DNA of 64,000 nt from Takakia lepidozioides (GCA_030704615.1 CM060732.1:54126001-54190000), one strand, 5' to 3'; shown: positions 27,001 through 40,282, counted from the stretch's first letter. The notes: a model not told the origin generated them from the sequence alone. Translations and numbers: made by a program.

Positions 27001-29456
27001 GTGTGGGCAAGGATACTGTGTGCAATTCCAACTGCAAGGCTGGTTGTGAAGTGCAAGCCCTTTTGCTGTGACAGCGTGCGAGAGCGGTTTCTGGCCAAGC
27101 TAGAGGAGCTGGGGGTGGAGTCACTGCGGATTGACTTGCTACCTTTAATCCTTCTCAACCATGATCACATGCAGGCATATTCTCTAATGGACATAAGGTG
27201 CGTTTGTGTCTAAGTTGTCCTCATCGAGAGTTTCATGTCAGAAGATTTGCGTTTGCATGTATGTGTGGTGTGAGAGAGAGAGAGAATGTACTCATTTGCA
27301 ACAATTACCTTTGTGAGGTCACCCCGGTGGTGGGACTTACTTTGGTATAAACTATTGATTCGAGCTTTCCAGATATCCTCTAGAAAACCCTTTTCACAAG
27401 CACCAATTTGCTGTGTGCGAGCCCAGCAAGTTGACCCCAACAGTGCCAGGGCTTCAGGCTCAGCCTCGAAAGTTGCTGAACAGAGGTGCAGGGACTATGT
27501 TCTTGATTCCTGAAGAGCATTGCTCTCTGATGAGAATACCCCAGACATTGTATCAGAATGGATATACTTGTGAGTCTACCTGCATTGACGATCTCCCTTT
27601 GCTCTCTGCATCTGTTTATTGTTCAAAGGTAGACTCCCCACCCTCAGTTCAAATTTCAGTACAGTGCTGAGGGTAGGTAGGCCCTTCAGATCATCCTTAA
27701 TGACCTCACCCTTGTCACAAACTGTAAAGAAGTTCAGGGAATTTTTCTGCCTAACTTCGTCTTGTTCGGACATTCTTCGTGTTTCTGACGTGACCATGGA
27801 CACTTCAGCCTCCAAGTCAGCTTCATCTAGCAGGGTCAGTTGTTCCTGCCTAGTATTCAGGTACTTGAAAATCTCCTCTACCGTTTTTGGCCAGGACTTG
27901 GCCTGTTTAGCAGGACGGTCCTGCTTCCAAGAAGTAGAGTTGATCATTTCAGGGTATCTGATATTAGGGATGAATCTGACCGCACCATCTGACCACGAAC
28001 TTATCACATGGAGAGCTCAAGGGTGGTGCGCCAAACTCACTCCGAACAGCTACATCGGCCGTTCTACAGCATGCTGACATGCTCTCTTTGATCACCAAAA
28101 GCTGAAAGGATTCTAAGTTTTAGTATGGTTGGAGTTGCCAACCCACGCGGAGATGTGTATTCGAAGGCAGGCCTAATAACATCGCAAAGCATGGTCCTTT
28201 TAACCAGTGGAAATTTGGAAGATTGGCTGTGTTGTGGTGTTATGCCCATTGGATTGACCACATTCCTGTGACAGGGAATGGATTGTTTTGATGTATGAGC
28301 TGGTATAGACATAGTGCCAGTACTGCTGCCCTAAGCCCAATCTGTCAGAGGTGACACTGAAAAATCGCAATGTATCTTGAAATTGTCAAGGTTCCTTGGC
28401 CTACCGAGGTTCTGACTGAGGTTTGAATTCGTAACTTTTTTTCTAGATTGATGCCTACTTTAATTGCAATAAAACAGAGAGGTAGAGGTACTTGGAGAAT
28501 TGACAGAGTTGTAAAAGCTTGACCTAAGCTTAATGATACCCGTTGGTGAGTGGGCATAGTAGACTGGTGCTGGCAGTCGTCTGTTTAGTGGTTGCTGATA
28601 TAGTGGTTGGCTTTACTGTGCAGCCTGGACACATTCCCATATGCAGGAACAACGACAACTTGTGAGTCGCTGTATATGGGGGTGCCGTGTGTCACCATGG
28701 CCGGCCTTGTCCATGCACACAATGTTGGCGTCACTCTTCTGCATCAAGTTGGTAGGTGACACTCGCTTTTCATTTGTTATACCTTGTACCAAGCCATGGG
28801 ATCAAGTAGGGACTGCCATGGAGTGGTAACTGTTGATTGAAGTGATGTAATGCATGTGTGATCCTTGTAATGCTGTAAGACACAGTGAGAGAGATATAGC
28901 CTAGACCCTGCCCCCGGTTTGGGTGGACCAAGAGGGAACAGTCATACCTTTGTGAGAGAGACACTGACTGTACTATTTTTGGGTGTTGTTGGAAATATTT
29001 GCAGGACTAGAGAAGCTTGTGTCGAGGACAGAAGATGAGTATGTTAGCAAAGCTATAGAGCTGGCCTCAGATATACCAATGTTGTCAAGCCTCCGAAGTG
29101 GGCTACGAGACCGCATGGTGAAGTCACACCTTTGCAATGGGCCAAGCTTTGTCCGGAACTTGGAGGCGAACTACCGTACTCTGTGGCACCGCTATTGTGA
29201 TGGTGATGTTCCATCTGAGGCTCGCAGGAAAGCAGAGGCCGATTTGTCTAGGAGCCGGAGTGCAAGCACGAGTGGGGATGTGACAGACATGATGATGAAA
29301 GAGGCAGGTTATGCAGTACCAAGTCCTAGCCCTGCTGGCATCACGCCCACCCCTTCTCCAACCTCTACTCTTTCTACTACTGAGGGCAACGGCTTGGGGG
29401 ACACTCGAAATAAAACCGTCAAGAGAAGTCTTAGTACACTAGGGCAACCGAGTTAA
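18022..29456 (+). CDS. SPY: SPINDLY, TPR-repeat protein O-fucosyltransferase (GT41 family), 17 coding exons
   Basis: GT-AG exons at approx. 18022-18510, 18900-19061, 20000-20175, 20332-20407, 20711-20839, 21402-21521, 21799-21867, 22516-22597, 23389-23483, 23639-23704, 23853-24051, 24437-24631, 25061-25155, 25657-25792, 26980-27197, 28624-28752, 29005-29456. Diagnostic peptides: ALSYAAILRSRNKFVDAL, PAYYNLGVVYSEMMQYD, IGYISPDYFTHSVSYFIEAPL, DILVELTGHTANNRLG, TWIGYPNTTG, FGSFNNLAK, LDTFPYAGTTTTCESL. Confidence 0.96.
27575..28200 (-). mobile_element. LINE 3' fragment (same family as 1600-4740) inside a SPY intron
   Basis: ORF 27576-28007 aligns with ORF 1633-2238 (SWKQDRPAKQAKSW, DDLKGLPTL, LRVGSLPLN). 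Confidence 0.88.
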
Positions 29457-30536
29457 CCGAAATTGGGCACTTCCAGAAGCATTCCACTTGTGCGACAGGT
29501 TATCATTATTGGGCGCAGGCTTCTGAACCATTGGCTTGCATGTACCTAATTGCTTGACAGCTGTTTTGTGATGACAGCCACAGCTGCCATGGACAGCCAT
29601 CTCACCCACATGCTACAGTGGATAAAACCCCCTCCGAAAACCCTTTCCCCTCTTCTTAGCATTTATCCATATGAGCGTCTGTGTCACCATTCAAATGCCC
29701 ACAACCCACAACGATCACATCGCAGGCAGTTAAACTAACTAGCCGGGAGTCCCACTGCAGGTCTGTTAAAGTAAACGCAATGGGGGTTGTCTGCGGAAAA
29801 CTCTTTGTGGTAACATCTAGGACGAATTGGGAGAGAAGTTTTGATGGTCCTCAAGGGGTCTATATTTTTCATGACTCATCTGGAGTTGGATCAAAGCCTC
29901 CTGATAGATTGTTAGTGACAGCACCCTCACCTTCCAGGTATAGTCAGAGGCTTTGTCACTGTATAAAAGGATCAATGTGTACTGTATCTGGACCATCCAG
30001 TGGGTAATGGAATGAAGAGATGTGGAAATCTAGTTGGCGGGATGGACTCATTGTACATCACTTAATATAGATAATGGAATGGTAGCCATGAATATGCAGA
30101 GACTTTAGTTGTAATTTTTGGCTTAGATTTATAGGCCTTGAGCTAACTGTAATCTACTGCCTCTCAGGGTTGGGGTATTGTATTGTGAAGAGAGGATAAT
30201 CTACATAGGTGGACGAAGAAGTAATTTTGTAAAAATTAGGTGAGGTGATTAAACCCTATAGAGAGGTTTATGGGACTATGTGGTTGGTGAAGAGGAAAGG
30301 GTTGGTGTGGAGTGACAGTTTCTTTTCTTTTTTTTCAAATGGGCTATGTACAACAAGATGCTCAAGCCTCATATGGCGAGACAAAGCGGATGGGTGTAAA
30401 ATTGAGTGGCTACATCACCTTGAAAGGAATTGAAAATTTTGGCGACATGTCAAAATTGTCGAGCTAAGTTCTTGCTTATAATGCAACCAAGCCGGATCAT
30501 GACAAAGCATTCTTCTACTTTGTAGTAGTTAGACAC

Positions 30537-30600
30537 TTTTTTTTTTAGGAAAGGGGACAGAGGCCCTTTAAGTCATATTGAATAGGAAGTCTTGGAAAAA
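30537..30600 (-). mobile_element. Very short L1-family 3' tail with poly(A)
   Basis: Minus strand reads ...GGGGCCTCTGTCCCCTTTCCTAAAAAAAAAAA, the same terminus as the L1 copies at ~14610 and ~35165; a similar tail lies on + at ~31500-31538. Confidence 0.6.
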
Positions 30601-30984
30601 TGCCATAAGGCAGTACATCGCAAGCGATTGGGTAGCACCCTGAACCGCGCTCCTAGGGCTAAGCTCTAATCTCAGTCAGTGGCTTACAGGTGAGCCAGCG
30701 AGCTACAAGCCAGACGATTGAAAAACTACAATTTAGAAATAACAGCAGCAGGTTCATCTGGAAGATCCAGAAACTGCACCAGCAGAGAGCAAGAGTCACG
30801 ATCACGGAGGTCGAGGTGACCAAGTGATTCTGTCTCCCTCGCGTTTGCACAAAATTCCAAGGTAAGTCCATTCTCCATCATATTGTGCGAGCAGGGCTGT
30901 CCTCCTGCTCTCAGAACATTTGCGAACTTCCAACTAAGGTTTATGCGTTCGGCAAGACTGCTGGCAACATAGATCTACCCCACG

Positions 30985-31333
30985 TTACTTGCAATACCGA
31001 TCAGCCTTCTTTTTAATTCGCTCATCAAGGGCCGTCTCTCTCGATTGCACTTCCGGTATAACGTAACCAAATCTCTTGGTCTCCACAGGGAAAAGCTCCT
31101 CATACTTTTTACTTTTCTTTCCATCAGCCCGTGCCCGTGTCAATATCATACACTTTGTCAGACGCTTCGGTTGGGTTTGCTCCAGCCACTTCTGCCTTCT
31201 GTGGAGATTCCGTGGTCACATTCTTCGTTTTCTTCTTCTTCTTCTTCTTTTTCTTATCTATCTTTCTCTCAAGCCCTAGACCACCCTTCAGACTGAGCTT
31301 ACCGCCTTTCACCTTGTCATACGAAGATGACAT
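30985..31333 (-). pseudogene. Intronless FRG1-like small plant protein gene with a +1 frameshift
   Basis: MSSSYDKVKGGKLSLKGG...poly-K...VYDIDT, then in the next frame ARADGKKSKKYEELFPVETKRFGY...ALDERIKKKADRYCK*; the KADRYCK C-terminus is the FRG1-type signature. Length is 349 nt (3n+1). Confidence 0.75.
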
Positions 31334-32149
31334 CTCTACAGTAACAGCGCCCCACCCGACAGACAACGAAGTGCGATCTGCAAGGGAGTATCGTGGGTTG
31401 GAGAAAAAAAATCCACACTTATTTTAGGTAAATGCTTGGGAATTTTCTGGAGACCATAAAATATGTGTTCCCCCAGGCTCATAGTTCCAAATAAAGTGGT
31501 TTTCAGGGCCTCTGTCCCCTCTTTAAAAATAAAAAAATGTGGATCCATGTAGGTAGGTCCACTGAGCCTTAGGAAAAACATTTGGTAGACACTAGGAAGG
31601 TGACGGTGAAAAATTGAAGTGTTGAATAAACTCTAATCAAAGTGTCTGGTATATTCCATTCTCAAGGTAGATTCTAGATATTCTACTTACATAGGATGTG
31701 GCTACTAAGCAACAGGGAAAGGAAGATTATGGCTATTTATGTGGCGAGTGGAGAGTTAATGGGGCTATCTCCTCCTCCTTCTTTTTTCTTTTGTTTTCGC
31801 TCCATTACTAGCTCTACTAGAAAGATGAGTTCTACCCAAGACCCTCCTTTTTTTTTTTTTAAGAGAAACACCTAGGAGCGACATCTCGCAAATCAGGCCC
31901 CTTAATTATAGTGAAAGGAGAAAATAACCTCGCCGTGAAGGCTTTCGAATGGGACACTTGCCATGTCAAAAATCCATTTTTTTCCCGTTATTTTCCTTTG
32001 TAAAGGTAGCCAAAGGTTGAAATTTTGCGAAAACGCGTCGGGGAAAAAAACAATGGAGGATGACCCTCGCAGATCTACCATAGACCATTTTCTCTTGTGC
32101 TTAGGCCTAATCGTCTCGGATTTCACTTTTTTGGTATGGAAGTCTTGTA

Positions 32150-34660
32150 TAGCTTTATAAAAAGACCCAAGTGGGGTGACTGTACAAAATGGGTAAAACT
32201 ATCCCAAAGGGAAGAAGCAAATTCTCATAGAGCTAGATATAATGATAAGCAGAAGTCAAATTGTTGTAGTATCACCTAATGCCTGAAGAAGGTCAGATAA
32301 CAAGAAAGAGGGTGGGTCAGAAAGTGCCGGGAGGCGAAATGAAGCTGCTCCGGCAACCTCTGCCCGATGCAAAATGGATAAAGCTTGAGCCTTTTGTAAA
32401 GCAACAGAGACTCGTTGTCTAAAGAAAGCTATAAGAACAGAGACATATGGGCTTCCAAGGCATTTGTTTTCAGCTGCGCGATGGGCACATGTACAAAGGA
32501 AGTCGTTGAACTGATGATGCAAGCAACCGAAGATCTCGACCGTCAAATGGAGGAATGTGTCTGCGGGGGTGATGTTCCCGATAGTCGCGCTCCTTCCCTT
32601 GTGCGGCTACTCAAGCAGCAACTCCCTGTGATGAGGCTGTGCATGGAAGGAGATCTGCCCTAGTAGGATCAATGATGACCCCGTCGTGAGATATAAAAAG
32701 GTCAATGCACCGTCGTGTGAAAGATCGTGATCTGGAAGTACGTGCATCTGCTCTCGAAGGACATGAGCCCCTGCATCACGAGCAACCGCAGCTACTGCAT
32801 CGCGGACGACATCATGAGTCGCAGTGCGTTCTCCGCCGCAAGGGCAACAAAGAATATGGACACCAAGTGGGTCGATAGGATGGCGACAAATACACCGTTG
32901 TAGTCCTAACAGAGAGGGATGCGGAAGACCCAAGTTTAGCGCGAAGGGAGGTGGTAAATACAGCTAAGGACATACGGAATGGTGTTATGGCTGGTCGTAC
33001 CGTGAGCCGGGCGCCTGCTGCTCCTCACTATCAAATGTACCCGGGCATAATAGACGACCAAAAATCCCCATATCAGTCGTATTAAAGGAAGACAAAAGCT
33101 CCAAAAACTGGGGACTTGGGAGGAAACAACGTAAGAGATAAGAAGGTCGGTGTAGAAAGTATTTGGTGAGAATGCCATGGGTTACTTGCATATCCCCTAG
33201 TTTGGGAAGAAGCTCTATATGGCTGGTATCATATAGCAAGGCGTCTTGAAGGAAAGATGTTGTGTAAAAGATAGTGCCAAGAGGAACACCTAACACTCGA
33301 ATACCTTCAGATGGTGCTAGAAAATCGGTGGGGGGAACTAAATCTGAAGGCAGACCAGAGGGTGACCATATTGTGGACTTGCGGGGTTGAACAGTGAGCC
33401 CTAGAGAGTGGAGTTGATCAGCAAAGTGATGGAAAGTCAAGAGGAAATCACTGGGAGGGCCAGTGATATGTGTATCATCAGCAATAGAAAGAAATATACA
33501 AGATGGGAAGGCTTGGGCAGAAGAGCGAAGAGCTCGGAAGTGTGCAAAGGCAAAAAGAGGTCCCCGTAATGGGTTACCCTAACGTGTACCTACTTCGACT
33601 AAATAACTGAAAGCTCTCCAGTACGGGCATGATGACTACAAAATAAAGGGGTGGAAGAAGCATAAAATAATATTCTCACAAAGGGAATGAGTTGATGGCA
33701 TGCGCCGCCGGCTGATCGCAATTCCTGAAATATTGCTGCTCTGGAAACCGTATTGAAGGCGTTGGCGACATCCATCTGAGGATGATCCAGTCTGGATAAA
33801 GGTCGAGGGAAGCACGAATCCTATGCACCACTGCTTCACAACCTCCTGGGGTAGCGATCCCAATCTGATAGGGAGAGAAGTAATAAAAAAGACCTCCCAA
33901 AATTGAATGCAAATAGACCGGCTCACCAAACAATACAGAACCTCCTCGACTGCCATAGGCCGAATCCCACCAGAAGTCTTGACTTGGAACAGCTGGGAAA
34001 AACCACTAGCAGAGTCTGTGGATTGAGACAGACACGGAGATGTTCATACACCAATCCAGATGGGCCAGCTGCTGCAAGATGCGGGCTACAAGTGAACGCC
34101 TTTATGAAAGTATCGCGATCCAATTGAAGGTCCTCATCGGATTCAAAGTCCTCCACAAAGGGGGGAAAGATGGCGTCTGCAACGGGGTGGAGACACTCCA
34201 AAGCTGTGACAATATCAGCCGAAGGCGGTGCTAGGGTAAGAGGAGCATAGCTCGGGCTGCACGAGAATATTCTCATCCCCGGCCTAGCATAAGACTCCTA
34301 CGAATACGCATGTGAACGGATGGAGTGGGCTGGCGTGGACTGTCATGAGCTATTCACGCCGCAAGTGTTTGTGCACGTAGATAGTGTTCGTCCTGAAGGG
34401 TTTCCTAGTCCCCAGAAAGAAAACGACGAATACGGGCGCACATCTCGCGATGTCCGGATTCACCACCACGTAGAGGCAGAACTAGACACCATTGAGGGAG
34501 AAGCAGAAAATTGTGCCATGCAACAATGTCATAAGGGTCCCGAGCAAGGCGGTCCAAAGGTAAGCGAAAAGTATGATGTACCTCCCTTCGAAGTGCCATT
34601 GGAATGCAAGTATAGAGCCGAGGACGAGGCAAACCTAGATGATTTCAAGTGATCTTCCCT
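32150..34660 (-). mobile_element. RLE-type (CRE/R2-group) non-LTR retrotransposon, degenerate
   Basis: RT motifs AAGPSG, IRPMAVEE, YQIGIATPGGCEAVVH, DVANAFN, IADDTHI, GIRVLGVPLG; C-terminal CICRH...HILCC, HDVVRD and AVEIFG-like motifs of a restriction-like endonuclease. Confidence 0.85.
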
Positions 34661-35139
34661 CTTCTCCTTCTTCTCTTTCTGTTGAAGTTACACTAACCTT
34701 TTGGGACTGCTTCTCCTTTGACACTAATCTGCAAAGAAAGATGATAATTTCAACCAACAATCAGCCAGACGATTCTGGGGTCAAATCTTGCTACTGACAG
34801 GTGTGGTATGGTTCCTGGGTGGTGCCCCATTCCTACGCCTCATGGCGGGTTACTATGAAAGAGATTATTTTCTCCTCTCACTACTAAGGGGCCTGATTTG
34901 TGAGCTGTCGCTCCCAGATGTTTCCCTTAAGAAAATAAAAATAAAAATAATAAAAATCATAGGCCGTCATTATGTGTGAGAGAGAATGTATTCATAAGGG
35001 GTTTGCCATAGCCTTGTGGCCGTTGAGGGGCGTTGACCCCTCTCCCAGTTTCAGCGGAATGCAAAGGGACATAAACGGACAATTAATAGAGTCTTCCTGA
35101 TAAGTGTCCTCTAGAAATTCCTTCACATAAACCTCAATC

Positions 35140-38100
35140 TTTTTTTTATTTTTTTATTTTTTTAGGAAAAGGGACGGAGGCCCTTTTAACCCTTAAGTTC
35201 CCAAGCCCTTTTTTGACTTTTTACCAATTTTGGGTACCCAGCTGCACTAAATTGCCCCTATAAACCTACCAAGAATCATTGAGAGATTCCAGCCTTATAG
35301 CAGGGCCCAGCTCATTTATGCATGACATACCAAAAAATGAGCCAAGTCCACCGTGGAAATTGTGAGATTATAACGGTGGCCCAGACCTCAAATATCATGT
35401 CCCAAAGAAAAAGTGAGAAAGAAATTGGTTTGACCAAATCAAAACCTAGCTTTATCCAATTTTGCTTGCCCCAAGACCCACCATTTCCAAATCAATAGTG
35501 GAGTGGCTATGACCCCACTAAATTGCAGGTCCAATTGATTTTTTCACTTATGGTTGCTTTGCATGCAACATGGGGGTTGAAATCTCAAAATTGACAAGAG
35601 AAAATGTGCCTCCAAATGAAGTACTTTTTTTTTCTACAAATTCTTAAAAGCCAATGGTGGATGACATGGATGGTAATGCTCACACACCACAAGGTGAAGT
35701 GCTTTTTCTAAAATTGCTAATTTTCTGCCAAAAATGGCCTTTGGAGTGTAATCTGTTTTGGGCTTGTTTACCTGCCACGTCAGCGGTCAACAAGCCCTTT
35801 TCAGGCCCAAAACGGAAATGAGAGATCTAAGATATTTTTTGTAGGTCGTAGCTTTTGTTTTTTTTCAATTTTTGTTTTTTGCATCATATTCGAGACAAAT
35901 CCCTTGTCATTAAAGCTTCAGGAGTGGGGCCCATCAGATTAGATCTGCAAAAATTTGGTCCAACTGCAAATTCAAAGTGACCGGATTCAGGTGGCTTGGG
36001 AACTTAAGGGTTAATCAAATTAAATAAAGGAGATTACAAAATGGTGGAAAAAATAACCACCTGGGGCCGTAAGGACTTACTGATGGGTTGTCATCTGAAC
36101 ATTTGGAAATAGCTGCACACAATACCACCCAAGTCTTTCTCCCCTCAGTCATCAGATCAAAGTATATATTAAACAGTGTAGTTCTGATGCTGGAGGGTGT
36201 CCCCTGCCTGAATTTGCATCTGGATTTCCAGATATTCCAAAGCAAGTGGGCTCTGATGCAAGACCAAATTGGGTAGGTTAGGGTCGAGAAGCCAGGCTGA
36301 TTATTCAACAGGAAGGGGGTAGGGTATTCCAGTTAGAGTAGAAACGGGTGATCAATCCCCAAACTTTGCTAGCCTGTGGGCATTGCACCAGGCTGTGCTC
36401 AATTGTTTCCAGATGTTGAGTACAGCAGGGGCAGTGTTGCGGGCCTTCTAGAGTGTTTGCACTGACAGGTAATATTCTGTGGGCCACCTTCCACAGGAAG
36501 GCCGATACCTTGGCTGCTCTGTTTTTCTTCCATACTTCCTGCCAGATAGTGTTCCAGCTTGTGTTGTCCCCCAAAACATGCGTCCATTTCTTCTTCTATT
36601 TGAGGTTGAAGGAACATAGAGGTGAGAGTATGGAATACCCCTTTTTGACAGTGTATGCGAAGAATGGTGACTTGGCTGTATCCTTCCAGTCCACTCCGCC
36701 AGGTTGAATTGCAGTCCCTGTAGAGGGTGCCTGAGGAACCAGAGGAAGGAAGTGCTGCTAACCCAGTGCATAAGATCACCAACAGGGGGTTGAGGGTTGC
36801 AAACCCCATCCCCAGCAATGACCCTAATTGGGACCCAGGTGAGGACATTGGTTTCCTGCTGCCCAATGTAACTCAGTATACCAGTGTTAGCCACATGAAA
36901 CTCTAGCCCAGAAGCGAGATCACCATTCAGATATAGCACCAACATGACTCTTGGTGTGCTATGATTGCCGTCTGCCAACCAGATTGGAGTACTGTGTTGG
37001 TTGATGCTCTCTCTCAGCAGAGCCAGGATGTATTCCGGGATCTGTTGGGTGATGGTGTCCCAATACTTGGCACGTCTGGATCCCACCAACGAAGAAACCT
37101 CTTGAGCCGAGATAAACTCCCCATTCTCCCAGATGTTTCCCAAGTGAGTGAAGCCTTTACCTTCCCAGTGCGCCCATCTGGGTTTGAGTTGAATGAGGCT
37201 TGCAGATTCGAGGTTATGGTTCCCAAATAATGGTTGTCTCAGGCATTCAGCCTTGCTTTGTGGCCTGCGCAGGGTTAGGTGTCCTCTTAGGAGTGTCCAC
37301 GCTTTCCAGATTGACTGCCATGCAGGTGAGCCCAGGGCATACTTCATAGTTTTCCCTCGAACAATCCATCGCAGGGATGGGATCCAGAGCTTGGATGAGC
37401 TCGGTATGGAGCCGGTAAGATAAGCTGCACCAGCCTGCTCCATGGTGAGAGATTATGAATGAGAGCTCAAGGAACCCATTTAGCCAGCAAGGCTGCAATT
37501 TGTTTACCTGGATCCAGCAGACCCAAGCCACCATTCTTCTTGGGTTGACATAGTTGATCCCAGGAAAGCAGAGCCCGCCTGATGGGGGCATCCTTGGTGG
37601 CTCCCTACAGAAAATTCCTAACCAGAGACTTGATCTGCTGTACCAGCTTAGATTCAGGAGCCTACACTACCGCGAAGAACCAGATGGAAGATAGGAGGAT
37701 TTAATTGACAACCAGTGCCCTTCCTGCCACCGAGAGCATCGCAGAGCTCCAAAAAGCTAGTTTTGTTTTCAGATTGTGTATGACTTTGCCAAATCTTTGG
37801 TCGTCTGATAAGCCATGCCCAATTTGATGCCCTAAGAGCGTGTGGGATTGTCCATTCTCCAGCCACCTGAGCCCAAGCTCCTCTCCCCAGGGAGGGCAGT
37901 GACTTGGCGTGCTATCACTTTGATGACGAGAGAGACCCACCGATTTCTGCCAGTTGATGCGCATCCCAGAGGCCAGACAGAAGGTATTCAGCGCTTGCAG
38001 GGCTCTATCAACGTTTGTTTTGCTTGAATTGTCCAGCAGCAACGTCCTGTCATCTGCATACATCGAGACCTTGACCATATTCTGGTTGTGCGTGTGGGGG

Positions 38101-38160
38101 GGTGGGAGATGAAGGCCCACCACTTCCTTTTTAGCTTCCAACAGGTGACCAAGGCTGTCG
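35140..38160 (-). mobile_element. L1/Tx1-type LINE (3' half of RT, zf-RVT, A-rich tail), interrupted by a piggyBac-like MITE
   Basis: VSMYADDRTL, SGMRINWQKS, LSVAGRALVVN, FLWKVAHRILP...CPCC...ETIEHSLVQC; the 3' terminus is restored when 35190-36010 and one TTAA are removed. Confidence 0.88.
35190..36010. mobile_element. piggyBac-like non-autonomous element (MITE), copy 2
   Basis: TTAA|CCCTTAAGTTCCCAAGCC...GGCTTGGGAACTTAAGGG|TTAA (18-bp perfect TIR); the empty site matches the uninterrupted L1 3' end at ~14565-14635. Confidence 0.85.
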
Positions 38161-38224
38161 GCAGCAATCCCTCCGGTTGCCCCTGGCCCCTTTCCTCAAT
38201 CTGCTGTGTGCTATTTCCCCAATA

Positions 38225-39040
38225 ACTAGACACCTGGGCTTTTCGCTCAGCCTCGAGATTTTCGAAGTTGGTAAACAGAGGTACAGGAACAAATCCCTTC
38301 ACGGATTTGAGGAGGGTGTCTCTCTGGTGAGAGAACCCAGGACAATGAATCAGAACGTGGATATTGTCTTCACGTTGGCCTCAGAAGGGGCATTTGCAAT
38401 CCCCCTTTCCTCTCTGCGTCTATTTACTGTTCAAAGGCAGGCTTGCCGCCCTCCGTTTAAATTTCAGTCTAGTTCAGGGATGTTCTCTGTCTAACTTCAT
38501 TTTCATCAGACAACTTCCTGGCACAAGACATGGCTTTGGACACTGCAGCCTCGAAGTCAAAATTATCCGGCAGGGTAAAGACTTGCGGACTCAGATCAGA
38601 TCAGATTCAGATCCTTGGAAATTTCTTCTATCCTCTTCAGCGAGGACTGAGACTGTCTAACAGGGCGATCCTGCTTCCAAGATATCGAGTCGATTAACTT
38701 AAGAGCTGACCCCACCATCTGAGCTTGAATTCATCTCACATTTAGCTGTTTTGGAGCCTGCTGACATGCACTCCTATGAGCAACCCCACTTGAATCGATT
38801 CTAGAGACTTCGCCTGGTTGGAGATATCGACCCACACTGCAGATGCGTACTCATCGTAGGCCAAATCTAGCGGCACAGAATGGTTTTTATGACTTAAGAG
38901 TTGATCCCTCTGCAGTAGAGAAATTTAGTACGCTTGGCGCTTCCCAGATTGAACGACTTTTTGAATATGCGCTTTCCAATTACAGTTGGAAGAAAATTCA
39001 ACGCCCACTGTACTGGGAAGCGCATATTCAACATGTAGCT
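38225..39040 (-). mobile_element. LINE 3' fragment (same family as 1600-4740)
   Basis: GVEFSSNCNWKAHIQKVVQSGK, and nucleotide similarity to ~1720-2570. Confidence 0.85.
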
Positions 39041-39046
39041 CATCAA

Positions 39047-39049
<3 letters not shown>

Positions 39050-39101
<52 letters not shown>
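39050..39101. repeat. (GA)n microsatellite
   Basis: About 26 perfect GA units. Confidence 0.95.
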
Positions 39102-39103
<2 letters not shown>

Positions 39104-40282
39104 CTAACGAATGCAGGGGCATAGCTGGGGTGGAATGGGAGATATCATTGCACACTGACCATGTTTTCATAGCCCCAAAGCTTTAGTGAAACTAACAAAA
39201 ATCCTGCAAGGGACCCCAGCAACCTCTGCTGTCAAACCCACTCATTCCAAGAGCAGAATGAGGTTTCATTCTGCTCACTTACTATAGCCTTTCTACACTG
39301 TTACCATCTCCAAAGTTTCACGCTATGTCCGTCATTTAGTCGGGGATGCTTAAGCATATAGCTCCCCTGGCGATTCAAACAAGAGCATATATGCACAGAT
39401 TCTTTGATCTTTATCTCCGCTCCGGCGCTCTTGCACCAGGCTACAAACATCCCGTAAAGCATACACCCAGACACCTCACGCGCTCCAACAGGATACAACA
39501 CCGGAAAGCTTACATACAGACAGACAAACTGCAGCAGTAAGAATTAGCAGCAATGTGAGCTTTTGATAAGTAGAGCACGCGCATGAGGTAGCACATGCCC
39601 CGTGGAAGAAGCTCTACGGTTGTCTGGCCGCTGCCAACCATTTTCATGGGGAGGCGTTTTCTCTAGGCACCTGTACAGAGAGAGTCCCACCCAAAGAATC
39701 TCTAATCTGCATAGTGCCTGCAAGCAATGTGCAATTTCAGTCATGTACCATCCTCTATCACTAACAGTGGAAGATTGTAACTTCGGCACATCCCCTAAAT
39801 CCAAAGCCAGATCTAAGAAGCAACTCAATGTAACGATAATACACCTATGAAGAAAGGTCATTGCGACGCAGGACTCTCATCGCAGAACACAGCAAGAAAC
39901 ATGCATTTCCATCAAGAGGTCAGACAGGAAGAGTCCCGAACTGCTTCTACCACTTTCGAAGCAAGCAAGCTAACATTCGCAGTTGTCAACTACGAACTAC
40001 ACGAGATAATGCCAGAAATGGTCGGACGACTCACATAGACAGGTCTGACGCATCTATAGTTCAAGGAGGATTTGAGCTCCAGACTAAGCCTGGGTAAAAA
40101 TGAGTCAATTGCCTTCAGAATCGAAGAACTTTGACACAAAATGAAAGACAGCTAAAGCTTCAAAGGATACCTCGAGGAATTTGGTGAAGGAAAGAGCACA
40201 AGTCTGTAAAAGAAGAGAGGTTGCGGCTACTTTATATACTGGCGGTGGAACTAGCAGCAGAACTGTTTTCGGATTTTATAGC

